From an uncultured delta proteobacterium (GTDB taxonomy: Bacteria > Desulfobacterota > RBG-13-43-22), in contig CAWDKY010000015.1 in NCBI GenBank assembly GCA_963802945.1, positions 320,001-384,000 on the forward strand: 64,000 nt of DNA, read 5' to 3'. The notes beneath the pieces are model-generated. The model was not told the DNA's origin. It saw only the letters and a program-made list of their open reading frames with translations, and searched no databases. Each line of letters starts with the position of its first letter. Position 1 is the stretch's first letter. Below are positions 21,064 through 29,847 of the stretch, one piece after another. A program made the translations under genes and the position numbers.

Positions 21064-21951
21064 TTAGAACGGCGGTTCAACTTCATCACGGAACCGGTAA
21101 AGATTTTCGTCACAACGCAGGGTGATATGCACCATCGTACCTTCAAATGAAATTTCCCGATTCTCGTAGCGCTCGCCATCTTTATCGATAATGGCATAGC
21201 CGTCGTTGCTGTAAACTTCCAGCTTGCCTTGATTGGTTCGTATAAATTCCTTCAGCAGATCGAGGCCAATGCCCCGCGCAACACCTTCGGTACTGGTGCT
21301 CTTTCCCCTTGTAAAAGCCCACCGCAAACAGGCCTCAGCCGATAAGTCCTGAGCGCGAGGATCGTTACTTAAAAAATTACGAATCTTTGCCGGAATCCCT
21401 TGGCCAAAATCTACAACCGAAAGGATGAGATTATTTTTCCGCCAAAAGTGCTGACCACACGAAAAAACACCTATTTGGGTACCGCTATGCTCGAAGGCGT
21501 TATCATATATCTCCCACATTCTTTCACTGATTGCATCTCGGAGCCTTTCGCTGATATGCATCCAGCCCTTGCCAATCCAGTTGTAAGTCAGGTAATCCAT
21601 AATCCCGTTCATATTGAGTGACTTGTCTTCCCGATACGGAATTGAGTTGCCATCCCAAGCGGATGACGGAAAACCGAAACTACCGGCAAATCCGTTCTGT
21701 CTTAAGTTCATCATAATGGCATTATTCTGAATTGAATTCCAATCAAAAATCGCTGTTCCAAATCTTGATTCGATCAAACGAGCCAAACCACCTAAAAAGG
21801 CAATGGCATTTGGACGAAGGAATTGGCAGTTAGAAAAAGTGAATACAAAATCCTCAAAATAAGTATCAGCCTGACTCCAGATATTAAAAAGCCGCAGGAA
21901 ATCTCTGGCTTCATCGTTCAAGGTGGGAATCTCGATGACCTTTGGCGACAT
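21064..21951 (-). CDS. GHKL (HATPase_c) kinase/ATPase with N-terminal STAS-like region
   Basis: N-box EIYDNAFEHS, G1 VVDFGQGIP, AFTRGKST, G2 RGIGL, G3 GTMV; no sensor TM or H-box. Confidence 0.82.
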   Translation of the reverse strand: MSPKVIEIPTLNDEARDFLRLFNIWSQADTYFEDFVFTFSNCQFLRPNAIAFLGGLARLIESRFGTAIFDWNSIQNNAIMMNLRQNGFAGSFGFPSSAWDGNSIPYREDKSLNMNGIMDYLTYNWIGKGWMHISERLRDAISERMWEIYDNAFEHSGTQIGVFSCGQHFWRKNNLILSVVDFGQGIPAKIRNFLSNDPRAQDLSAEACLRWAFTRGKSTSTEGVARGIGLDLLKEFIRTNQGKLEVYSNDGYAIIDKDGERYENREISFEGTMVHITLRCDENLYRFRDEVEPPF

Positions 21952-21953
21952 TC

Positions 21954-23063
21954 CTAAAGTTCTCCACGAAATGCTTTGGCGATCAAAGCCGCAGAAAAGG
22001 CCTTTATATCTTCTTCGATTTTCGCTGCTTCCAATTGGATCAGCTGCCGCCGTTTGACAATTTCAGAAAAACGTTTTTGGGCCTCGTATTCTGGCACTGG
22101 GACCAAAATATTTTCCAACTTCTTCAGACCAAGGGTCCGGTTTCTCCCTGCTGATCCTGGGGAGGCCACGCGAATGTCTTCTATTCCATGCTCACTGAGA
22201 AAATGGTGGCAAAGGAACTCGGATGTGGCCTTTTTCTCATGGGGCACATAGGTAATGAAACGATGGGAACCAACCCGGCCTTGATCTTCTGACTTGGCAA
22301 CGGCAATTGCTTTTTCCCAGGCAAAAACATTGTTAAAAACCAAATCCCCCTCATGAATACGGTAGATGCGTTTGTTGCCGATCTGTTTGCCTGTCAAAAC
22401 CGGCTTCTTGAAAGTGCCTTTGCCGAAACTGCGTATCCCCATCTCCTCATACTCTTGGTCGGGCTTTGTTTTGATCGCTCGGCGTACCAAACAAGCAAGT
22501 TCTTTTAAAGGCATCCAGTCAGCTCCCTCGATCATTTTACTATAAAGTGCCTGAAGCAGAATATCCAATTCTGTTTCCCTTTCAGCGGCTGCTTTCTGTG
22601 CTTCCTCAGCGCGACGGGTCAGTGCCTCGATATACGCGACGATCCGGCGTTGCTCCTTGATGTTATCAGGGATTGGAATTGCGATGGAGTAAAGAAGATC
22701 TCTCTTAATTCCGGGTTTTGGTCCTTGGGCGTGGATACCAAGCTGAAGATTGGTCAAACAATAGAATAACCACTTCGGCTCAAGATCTTTGGGATATTCT
22801 TCGATATAGAATGATGTATCAATCGGCCAGCAAGGGGTACTGGAGAAGTTTACCTCACCAACAGAGCCTTTCCGACCAATAACGATCGTTGGTGACTTTG
22901 TTAGACTTTCTGAGTGGAAACCGATGATCCCATTTGAACCGTATACTGGTAGTTTCCCATTCGGATCACGTTGCTTTGCTGAAAGACCCTTTCCATAATT
23001 GATTTTCACTAATTTTTCGACGAGCTTAAGCGGGAAAGGAGATGATTCAAATTGTGAATTCAT
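21954..23063 (-). CDS. hsdS: Type I R-M specificity subunit
   Basis: PVYGSNG, IGRKGSVG, IPIPD..EQRRIV and VPVPEYEAQKRF conserved repeats, terminal KAFRGEL. Confidence 0.9.
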   Translation of the reverse strand: MNSQFESSPFPLKLVEKLVKINYGKGLSAKQRDPNGKLPVYGSNGIIGFHSESLTKSPTIVIGRKGSVGEVNFSSTPCWPIDTSFYIEEYPKDLEPKWLFYCLTNLQLGIHAQGPKPGIKRDLLYSIAIPIPDNIKEQRRIVAYIEALTRRAEEAQKAAAERETELDILLQALYSKMIEGADWMPLKELACLVRRAIKTKPDQEYEEMGIRSFGKGTFKKPVLTGKQIGNKRIYRIHEGDLVFNNVFAWEKAIAVAKSEDQGRVGSHRFITYVPHEKKATSEFLCHHFLSEHGIEDIRVASPGSAGRNRTLGLKKLENILVPVPEYEAQKRFSEIVKRRQLIQLEAAKIEEDIKAFSAALIAKAFRGEL

Positions 23064-24589
23064 TCCCCATTCCCCCCCGCAAGCAGTTTCTGCATCTCCT
23101 GAATGAGCTTGAGAATCCGTTCTTCTTTGGCCGCGACGGAAGAGAGGATTTCTTGCGGTTCCATGTGTTCGATGGTTTCCGCTTCAATCAAACCGAGGCT
23201 GGAAAGGGTCATATTATAATTGTTGGCTATAATCTTCTGGGCTGGGACCAGCCAGGCACGGCCCTCTTCGGCTTTTCGCTTGGGCCACATGCGCAGCAAG
23301 TCGGGAAAGTCATTGCGGTACTGCGATCCAAACTTACGGGCTTTAGAAAGCGAGGAGCCGTCTCCGTCCACCTTGAAGAACCAGACATTCTTAGTGGGTT
23401 TTCCGGTATTTCGAAAGATAAAGAAACAGGTCGGGTTGGGGGTGTAGGGTTCAAACATTCCCTTGGGGAGGATCACCACAGCTTGGAGATCGAATTCTCT
23501 GAGAAGCCGTTCCTTAACAGTGACATGACTGCCCGTGTCGCCGAATAGAATGCCGTTGGGGAAGATAATTCCCGCTGTGCCGCCCCGGTCCAAACAACGC
23601 AGGGCATGGGCCAGAAAGAGGACATATTTATCCCCTTTTTCGATACGAAGCGACCGCTTGGCGTCACCACGCGATCCTGAGAACGGCGGATTCTCCAGGA
23701 TATAATCAAATTTGATCTCATCCCACTTATCCTCGCTACCGCAGATGGAGTCCCGCTGTACTAAAGGACATTGGTCGAATCCGTGGAGCATGGCATTCAT
23801 GGCGGCCATGCGCAGGATATCCTGGTCGCCGTCGAAACCATAGAAAGCGCCTGTCTGTAAAAAATTCCACTGGGCGCGGGAGAGTTTATCACCAATACCT
23901 ATCTTTCGGGTGGTTCCATCAGGAGAGACCTTCTCACGGATAAATTCCGGGCTGGTATTGGCCAGCAAAATGTACTCGTAAGCGGCAATTAAAAATCCAC
24001 CTGAGCCGCAGGCCGGATCGCAGACCGTGCCGTCCATCTTTGGATCAACCATCTGGGTGATGACCCGAATCAGATGGCGTGGGGTTCGGAATTGGGCCGC
24101 CTTCTTCTGCCCTCCCAATTCACTGGCCAGGTATTCGAACAGATCGCCCTTGATATCGGCATCCATCCCGAGAAAGGAGATGGGAGCAATGATATCCACT
24201 GCCCGCCGTAAGGTCGCACCGGTGGGGATGACAATGGCGGCGTTTCGAAAAATGGCCCGTGCGCCCTGGGATAATTTGGGGTGTCGGGCAAGCTTTGGCA
24301 ATGTGTCTCGTAGGGTGCGGAGCATGGCTTCATTGTCCGGATTGGCAGTGAGCAAGCTCCAGCGTAAAGGATCGTAGTTCAGTTCTTCGGGGCCATCCTT
24401 GAACTTGCCGAATAAAGAACGGTGGTTGCCGTTGCCTGCTTCCTTCTGCTCGTAATCCATTTCTTCAAGCATTTTAAGGAACAGGAGATAGGAAATCTGG
24501 GTTACATAGGTAATGGGGTTGGTGACATTGCTATCCCACATGACCTTACAAAGCGCTTTGAGCGTGTTCTGAATCTGTCCGCTGTCCAT
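23060..24589 (-). CDS. hsdM: Type I R-M N6-adenine methyltransferase
   Basis: QISYLLFLK, GDLFEYL, QFRTPRH, DPACGSGGF (motif I), NPPF (motif IV). Confidence 0.95.
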   Translation of the reverse strand: MDSGQIQNTLKALCKVMWDSNVTNPITYVTQISYLLFLKMLEEMDYEQKEAGNGNHRSLFGKFKDGPEELNYDPLRWSLLTANPDNEAMLRTLRDTLPKLARHPKLSQGARAIFRNAAIVIPTGATLRRAVDIIAPISFLGMDADIKGDLFEYLASELGGQKKAAQFRTPRHLIRVITQMVDPKMDGTVCDPACGSGGFLIAAYEYILLANTSPEFIREKVSPDGTTRKIGIGDKLSRAQWNFLQTGAFYGFDGDQDILRMAAMNAMLHGFDQCPLVQRDSICGSEDKWDEIKFDYILENPPFSGSRGDAKRSLRIEKGDKYVLFLAHALRCLDRGGTAGIIFPNGILFGDTGSHVTVKERLLREFDLQAVVILPKGMFEPYTPNPTCFFIFRNTGKPTKNVWFFKVDGDGSSLSKARKFGSQYRNDFPDLLRMWPKRKAEEGRAWLVPAQKIIANNYNMTLSSLGLIEAETIEHMEPQEILSSVAAKEERILKLIQEMQKLLAGGNGE

Positions 24590-24611
24590 ATTTCAGTTAT
24601 TCCCTTATTGT

Positions 24612-26957
24612 TTACGCCGCCAGAAGGGTATTGAGCTCATCGATCATCTGTAGAAGTTTTTCTTTGCCGAAAAGTTGCTCCATACGCGTCAACCCGCCCC
24701 AGAGAGAAAATGGAGGTTGACTGAAGAGACGCATGGTAATCTCTTCACCGGTCATGACCCGTGCCTTAAGCAGTCGGAGCATTTGGGCCTGACCCGGATC
24801 AATACTGCTGGAATGTTCGGTCACCCAGGTATTAAAGGCCTTTTCAATGCGTTCCTCTCTCGTCAGAAACCGTTTCAATCCAAGAGCGACCCGGATGAAG
24901 TCGGTCAACGATCCGGTAGGCTGCTCAAAGGCCTGTCGTAAAGTGTCTTCGTTGAAATAGTGGGTGGGAGAATTCAAACGATGAGCCAGGTCTTCCCATT
25001 CTTCGTCAGCGAGTTCCTCGCCCCGGAAGATCTTCTCCACGGTGGGATCGGTCCGCCTGAATTCGACGACCTTCTTTTCCCATTCTTCACGATAGGTTTT
25101 CCGGTCTATGGCCAATCCTTCGGGGCCAACCAGAATGATTTCGCGGGCACGGATTTCATCCTCTAGTGATCCTTCGGCGAGTAATAAAAATTCACGGGAG
25201 CCGCCTTCGGGATATTTGGTTAAAGGTTGGGCTTGTTGTGCATCACCTTCTACAATTTCGCCTGTTTCGGTTGTCCTGGAACCTGGAGCGGCACCGACCA
25301 GTTTTGGCTTTTGATAAGCCTCACCAGGATCGTTGAAGCGCTTGGAGTTGCCGACAAAATCATAAATGATAAATTCATTCTTCCCGATCTTGGGACAAAG
25401 GCGGCTGCCACGGCCTCGCATCTGAGCGTATTTGATCGGCGACAGAGTGGGGCGCAACATGATCAGATTTTCAATGTCTTTCTGGTCATAACCGGTATCC
25501 AGCATGTCCACCGATACGGCGATCAGAGGGAGCGGATCATACTTGAATTCATCGATTACCGGTTTGGGATTGCCGTTATTGGTATAGCAGGTAATTTTTT
25601 TAGCAAAATCCTGCCGGACCTGGGCTGGGGAACGGTTGATTTGTCCGGCAATGCGCAGACAATCCTCATCAGTTAATAATCGGTTGAACAAACGGGCCAG
25701 GACTGAGGCCTGTTTCTCAGAGACGGAAAAGACGACGGTTTTGCGTGGACGTTCCCGGATACGCTCGGAATCTGCCGAATAATACTCTTGAAGGATGGTT
25801 ATCAATCGGTCTTCGGATTCCACATCACGTCCCCAGGCACCGGGTTTGATCTCTTCGCCTTCCCACTCCGCGCCTTCATAGGTCAAAACACTTTCAGCAT
25901 GATAAATTCGGTATTTGCTCAGATAACCTTCATTAATCCCTTTCTGGATGCCATATTCAAAGGTAGGACGGCCTTCCTTCCTGACGGCATCCCAACAGTC
26001 GAAAAAGATATAGGTATTACGAACCAGACGGCGTTCATGTTCACTGATGTACTGTAGTTCTCCGGGATTCGGCGTAGCGGTCAAGCCGATGTGGATGGCA
26101 TCGAAATGTCCAAGAGTAGTTCGGTGTGTATTATAAATAGAACGGTGGCATTCGTCAGTTACGACGAGATCAAAGTAACCATGTCCAAAACCGTTAGCAC
26201 CGAGTTGGGAAGCAATGGTGTCGAGAGTGCCGACAACAATCTGACCTTCGAGGCTATGCTTTCCCCCATAGAGAATGACGGTAGGCCAGTCGGAAAGGTA
26301 TTCATCGAAAGTCTCTTTGGCTTGTTTGGCCAGTTCGATGCGGTCAACCAGGAAAAGGACACGCGAGATGATGGCCGCCTGAAACCAACGCTTCATGAGC
26401 ATGGCGATGGTCAGGGTCTTTCCGGTTCCGGTGGCCATTTCAAAAAGCATACGCCTGCGACCGGCAATCAAGGCCTCATCGGCTTTTTGTAAACAGTTAA
26501 TCTGGTAGGGACGGGCCTCAATTTCTTCCCCCTTGAAACTAAACCGATGAGGAAATGGCAGGAGTTCAAGACATTGCTTAATATCACCCTTGCGATGCAG
26601 TTTAATATTCGCCCTTCGCTCCAGGTCGGCCTGACCCGGGAAACCCATAATCGGGCGAGCGTCGCCGTCCGCATAATCCCAGAAATAATGATCTTGCCCA
26701 TTGCTGAGGATGACGAAGGGAGCGGAGAGCGATTGCGCATAATCACGTGCCTGTTCCTTGGCCGAGTATGGATCGATGGAAAAACGCTTTGCTTCAATGA
26801 CAGCCAGAGGCCGCGTACGAGAATCCCTCAGAAGGTAGTCTGCGCGGCCATCGGCGGATGGTTCTTCCGTAGATACCTGAGCTTTGTTGGTGATCTTCCA
26901 GGAGGCGGCCTCCAGTAGCTTGTCAATCACCATTCTGGCATCGGCTTCAGTAGGCAT
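24612..26957 (-). CDS. hsdR: Type I R-M restriction subunit (EcoAI/EcoEI-like architecture)
   Basis: ADYLL...VIEAK nuclease motif, RPYQ, MATGTGKT, DECH, GLTATP, DMLDTGYD, QMRGRGSR. Confidence 0.93.
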   Translation of the reverse strand: MPTEADARMVIDKLLEAASWKITNKAQVSTEEPSADGRADYLLRDSRTRPLAVIEAKRFSIDPYSAKEQARDYAQSLSAPFVILSNGQDHYFWDYADGDARPIMGFPGQADLERRANIKLHRKGDIKQCLELLPFPHRFSFKGEEIEARPYQINCLQKADEALIAGRRRMLFEMATGTGKTLTIAMLMKRWFQAAIISRVLFLVDRIELAKQAKETFDEYLSDWPTVILYGGKHSLEGQIVVGTLDTIASQLGANGFGHGYFDLVVTDECHRSIYNTHRTTLGHFDAIHIGLTATPNPGELQYISEHERRLVRNTYIFFDCWDAVRKEGRPTFEYGIQKGINEGYLSKYRIYHAESVLTYEGAEWEGEEIKPGAWGRDVESEDRLITILQEYYSADSERIRERPRKTVVFSVSEKQASVLARLFNRLLTDEDCLRIAGQINRSPAQVRQDFAKKITCYTNNGNPKPVIDEFKYDPLPLIAVSVDMLDTGYDQKDIENLIMLRPTLSPIKYAQMRGRGSRLCPKIGKNEFIIYDFVGNSKRFNDPGEAYQKPKLVGAAPGSRTTETGEIVEGDAQQAQPLTKYPEGGSREFLLLAEGSLEDEIRAREIILVGPEGLAIDRKTYREEWEKKVVEFRRTDPTVEKIFRGEELADEEWEDLAHRLNSPTHYFNEDTLRQAFEQPTGSLTDFIRVALGLKRFLTREERIEKAFNTWVTEHSSSIDPGQAQMLRLLKARVMTGEEITMRLFSQPPFSLWGGLTRMEQLFGKEKLLQMIDELNTLLAA

Positions 26958-27480
26958 CGGTATTTTTAGCTTTCCTTGATGTTAAATGACCTGGAGATTA
27001 GGTTGAAGGAATCGTGGTCATGGGGTCGCATCTTAAATGTACACATTTCTTAATCTGTGAACTTGATGTTGATTCTGAATCAAATTATTTTCTACCCTTG
27101 TCCGATTGTTATTGATTTAATCCAAATATTCTACTCCCTTTTATCACACACCCCAAACAAAAACCCCATCTCCTATTAGAAAAAATGGGGGCTTGTCGGA
27201 CTGCTTTATGTAAGGCCTTTCAAGGTGGGATGTTGTCGGAATCCGGAAGAATTATACCAACCTCTTGAAAAATAATCAAATTGTTCTATTATCCAGAATA
27301 AAGTCTAGGATGGAGAAAAGAGCAGATGGATAAATGGATAAATGGAGGGCAAGAGAGATTGAATTAAAAACACTCCCTGATGACCAATGGAAATGGGGTT
27401 GCAAAAGATTTTTTTACTTGATATGAAAGAAAACGAATAATGAATTCAATCTGAAAAGTTTCAGAAAAGGAGGATATGGG

Positions 27481-28065
27481 ATGCAGATACTGGCTTTCAA
27501 CGGGAGCCCGCGTAAAAACGGAAATACCTCGACCATCATCGAGGCCATGCTGAAAGGGGCAAGATCAGCCGGTGCGAAAACCACCGAGATTCGATTGCAC
27601 GACATCAATCTGAAAGGATGTCAAGGATGTCTGTCCTGCCGCAGGAGACCGGGAAAATGCAAGCAACGGGACGACCTGAGTCCTTATCTGGAAGCGATCA
27701 AGACCTGTGACGGGGCTATCTTCGGCACGCCGATCTATATGTATCACGTGACCGGTCAAATGAAGATCTTTATTGATCGATGTTATTCTTTATACATCAG
27801 CAGTCCTGAGGGAACAGGCTATCTTTCCGCCGTACCGGCGGGAAAGACCTTCGCTCTGGTGACCTCTCAAGGACATCCTGATGTAGAGCGCTTTCAAAGA
27901 CCCATCCGCTGGCTGGCCGCCATGACCGGCACCGGTCTGGGGATGGAGGAAGTCGGCAGGATCATTCAGGGGGATAGCCATGTGACACCTGCCAAAATGG
28001 ATAAGGCTCTTCTCGAAAAGGCTTTTAAAATCGGACAGAAGCTGGTGAAAAGGGATAAAACTTGA
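27481..28065 (+). CDS. Iron-sulfur flavoprotein / flavodoxin-like NADPH-dependent FMN reductase family
   Basis: NGSPRKNGNT, CQGCLSC..C cluster motif, GTPIY, KIFIDR. Confidence 0.9.
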   Translation: MQILAFNGSPRKNGNTSTIIEAMLKGARSAGAKTTEIRLHDINLKGCQGCLSCRRRPGKCKQRDDLSPYLEAIKTCDGAIFGTPIYMYHVTGQMKIFIDRCYSLYISSPEGTGYLSAVPAGKTFALVTSQGHPDVERFQRPIRWLAAMTGTGLGMEEVGRIIQGDSHVTPAKMDKALLEKAFKIGQKLVKRDKT

Positions 28066-28104
28066 GATGGACTCACTTAAATAACATTTTTGGGTACTTT
28101 CCAG

Positions 28105-28431
28105 TTACCAAAACTGTATTTGAGATATTCCTTCGGTTTCCCTGATGTGCCGTCGCACATCTTCTCTGATCTCCGGGTCCATAACGGGCTCGACCAGGGA
28201 TATGAATCTTCCTTCCGTATCCTTGGAGCTTTTCCAGGTTACGACCGATCCGGGGACCAAGGCGTAACGAAACCTTCCACTACCGCAGCAGGCGGATTCC
28301 GCCGCCCCTTCCCCCAGGAGAAAGAGGATCCGTCTTCCATCCTGCTCGATGGTTTCCTCCTTATAAAGGGTGTACCATCCTGCGATGTTTCTAAATTCTT
28401 CATTGAGTGCATGAACAAACGGCCTACTCAT
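28105..28431 (-). CDS. Hypothetical protein
   Basis: 108-aa ORF with RBS and SACCG motif; no function recognised. Confidence 0.6.
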   Translation of the reverse strand: MSRPFVHALNEEFRNIAGWYTLYKEETIEQDGRRILFLLGEGAAESACCGSGRFRYALVPGSVVTWKSSKDTEGRFISLVEPVMDPEIREDVRRHIRETEGISQIQFW

Positions 28432-28615
28432 GAGATTTCCCCTTTAATTCGATGATTCAAGGGCTCGAGGGGCCAAGAGTTCAAGTGAAAAGCGAAAATT
28501 TTAAAACCGCTTTTCCCCCTGGACCCCTCGAATCATCCGCTCATTTTCTCTTCACAAACAGGCTACCTTAAAGAAGGGGGCTCGCCAACTCCGAACTACA
28601 CACTCTGAACTTGAA

Positions 28616-29824
28616 TTAGGCCCCCTCTAAGCCGACAATACCTACAAAAATAGCACATCCATCAGGGGCCCCGCCAAGATTATGGGTCAAACCCAGTTTC
28701 GGGTTTTTTAGTTGTCTTGAAGGGAATCCCGGATTAAGCAGTTCATCGGCCCGGCCCTGAAGCTGGAGATACATCTCATAGATCATCCGCAGCCCGCTGG
28801 CCCCGATGGGATGGCCGAAGCATTTCAGTCCGCCGTCAACCTGAACGGGAAGTTTGCCGTCCAGGTCAAAGAAACCGCTTTCAATGTCATCCCTGACCTT
28901 TCCTCGGGGACTGAATCTCAGATCTTCCATGGTCACGGCTTCGGTGATGGAAAAACAGTCGTGAACCTCGGCCATACTGATCTCTTCACGTGGATTTTTG
29001 ATCCCGGCCTCTTGATAGGCCTTTTCTCCGGCCCGGACAGTGGCTTCAACGTGAAGGAAGTCAAAATTCTGGTTAAAATTCCCATCCCTGGGGGCCATGG
29101 CAATCTGAAGGGCCTTGACGAATACCGGATCTTTCTTCCTGGCCTTGGCGATTTCAGGCGTCGTTATAATAGCCGCGGCACAGCCGTCACTGACCCCGCA
29201 ACAATCAAACAGGCCCAGTGGCCAGGAAACCATGGGGGCATTGATAATCTGGTCCATAGTCACATTCCCCTGGAAGTGGGCATTCTTATTCCTCATACCG
29301 TTCTGATGACTCTTCCAGGAAACCCTGCCGATCATGTGTTTCCCCTCATCATAGGTCAAGCCATATTTGGCGAAATAAGTGGTGGCCAGCATGGCAAAAG
29401 ATCTCGGAGGCGTGGATTCGGCGAGCATGGAATGGCTGGGACCAGGTGTTCCTCCATCACCCAGACCGCTGATCCCGCTGTCTTTGAACTTATCTACCCC
29501 GATGGCCAATACCATGTCATAAATCCCGGCCGCCACGGAATAACAGGCATTCCGAAAGGCGTCCGAGGCGGTGGCACAGGCGTTTTCAACCCGCGTCACC
29601 GGAATATATTGGAGCCTCAATGGTTCTGAGATAGTCATTCCCGTTTGGCCAGTGGCCGTCCCAACCCAGGCGGCTTGAACCTCTTCAGGCCCAATCCCGG
29701 CATCATTAAAGGCCTGATAAGCGGCATCAACGATCAGGTCTGCCGCACCGGCATCCCAACGTTCGCCAAACCTGGTACATCCCATTCCCAGGATGGCTAC
29801 CCTGTTTCTAATACTTCCTGGCAT
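28616..29824 (-). CDS. SCP2-type/archaeal-type thiolase (acetyl-CoA acetyltransferase)
   Basis: VENACATAS, EVHDCF, GHPIGASG, HNLGG. Confidence 0.9.
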   Translation of the reverse strand: MPGSIRNRVAILGMGCTRFGERWDAGAADLIVDAAYQAFNDAGIGPEEVQAAWVGTATGQTGMTISEPLRLQYIPVTRVENACATASDAFRNACYSVAAGIYDMVLAIGVDKFKDSGISGLGDGGTPGPSHSMLAESTPPRSFAMLATTYFAKYGLTYDEGKHMIGRVSWKSHQNGMRNKNAHFQGNVTMDQIINAPMVSWPLGLFDCCGVSDGCAAAIITTPEIAKARKKDPVFVKALQIAMAPRDGNFNQNFDFLHVEATVRAGEKAYQEAGIKNPREEISMAEVHDCFSITEAVTMEDLRFSPRGKVRDDIESGFFDLDGKLPVQVDGGLKCFGHPIGASGLRMIYEMYLQLQGRADELLNPGFPSRQLKNPKLGLTHNLGGAPDGCAIFVGIVGLEGA

Positions 29825-29847
29825 GTTATACCTCCTTTAAACTCAAT

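Noticed and set aside
13864-27400. Possible genomic island integrated at tRNA-Pro that includes the R-M locus
   Set aside because: No integrase gene, and I could not find a duplicated tRNA 3' end by eye; ordinary metabolic genes intervene.
28811-29629. Long antisense ORFs (for example 28811..29629, 43209..43856, 57213..57950, 11257..11856)
   Set aside because: They are shadows of well-supported genes on the opposite strand, with no motifs of their own.
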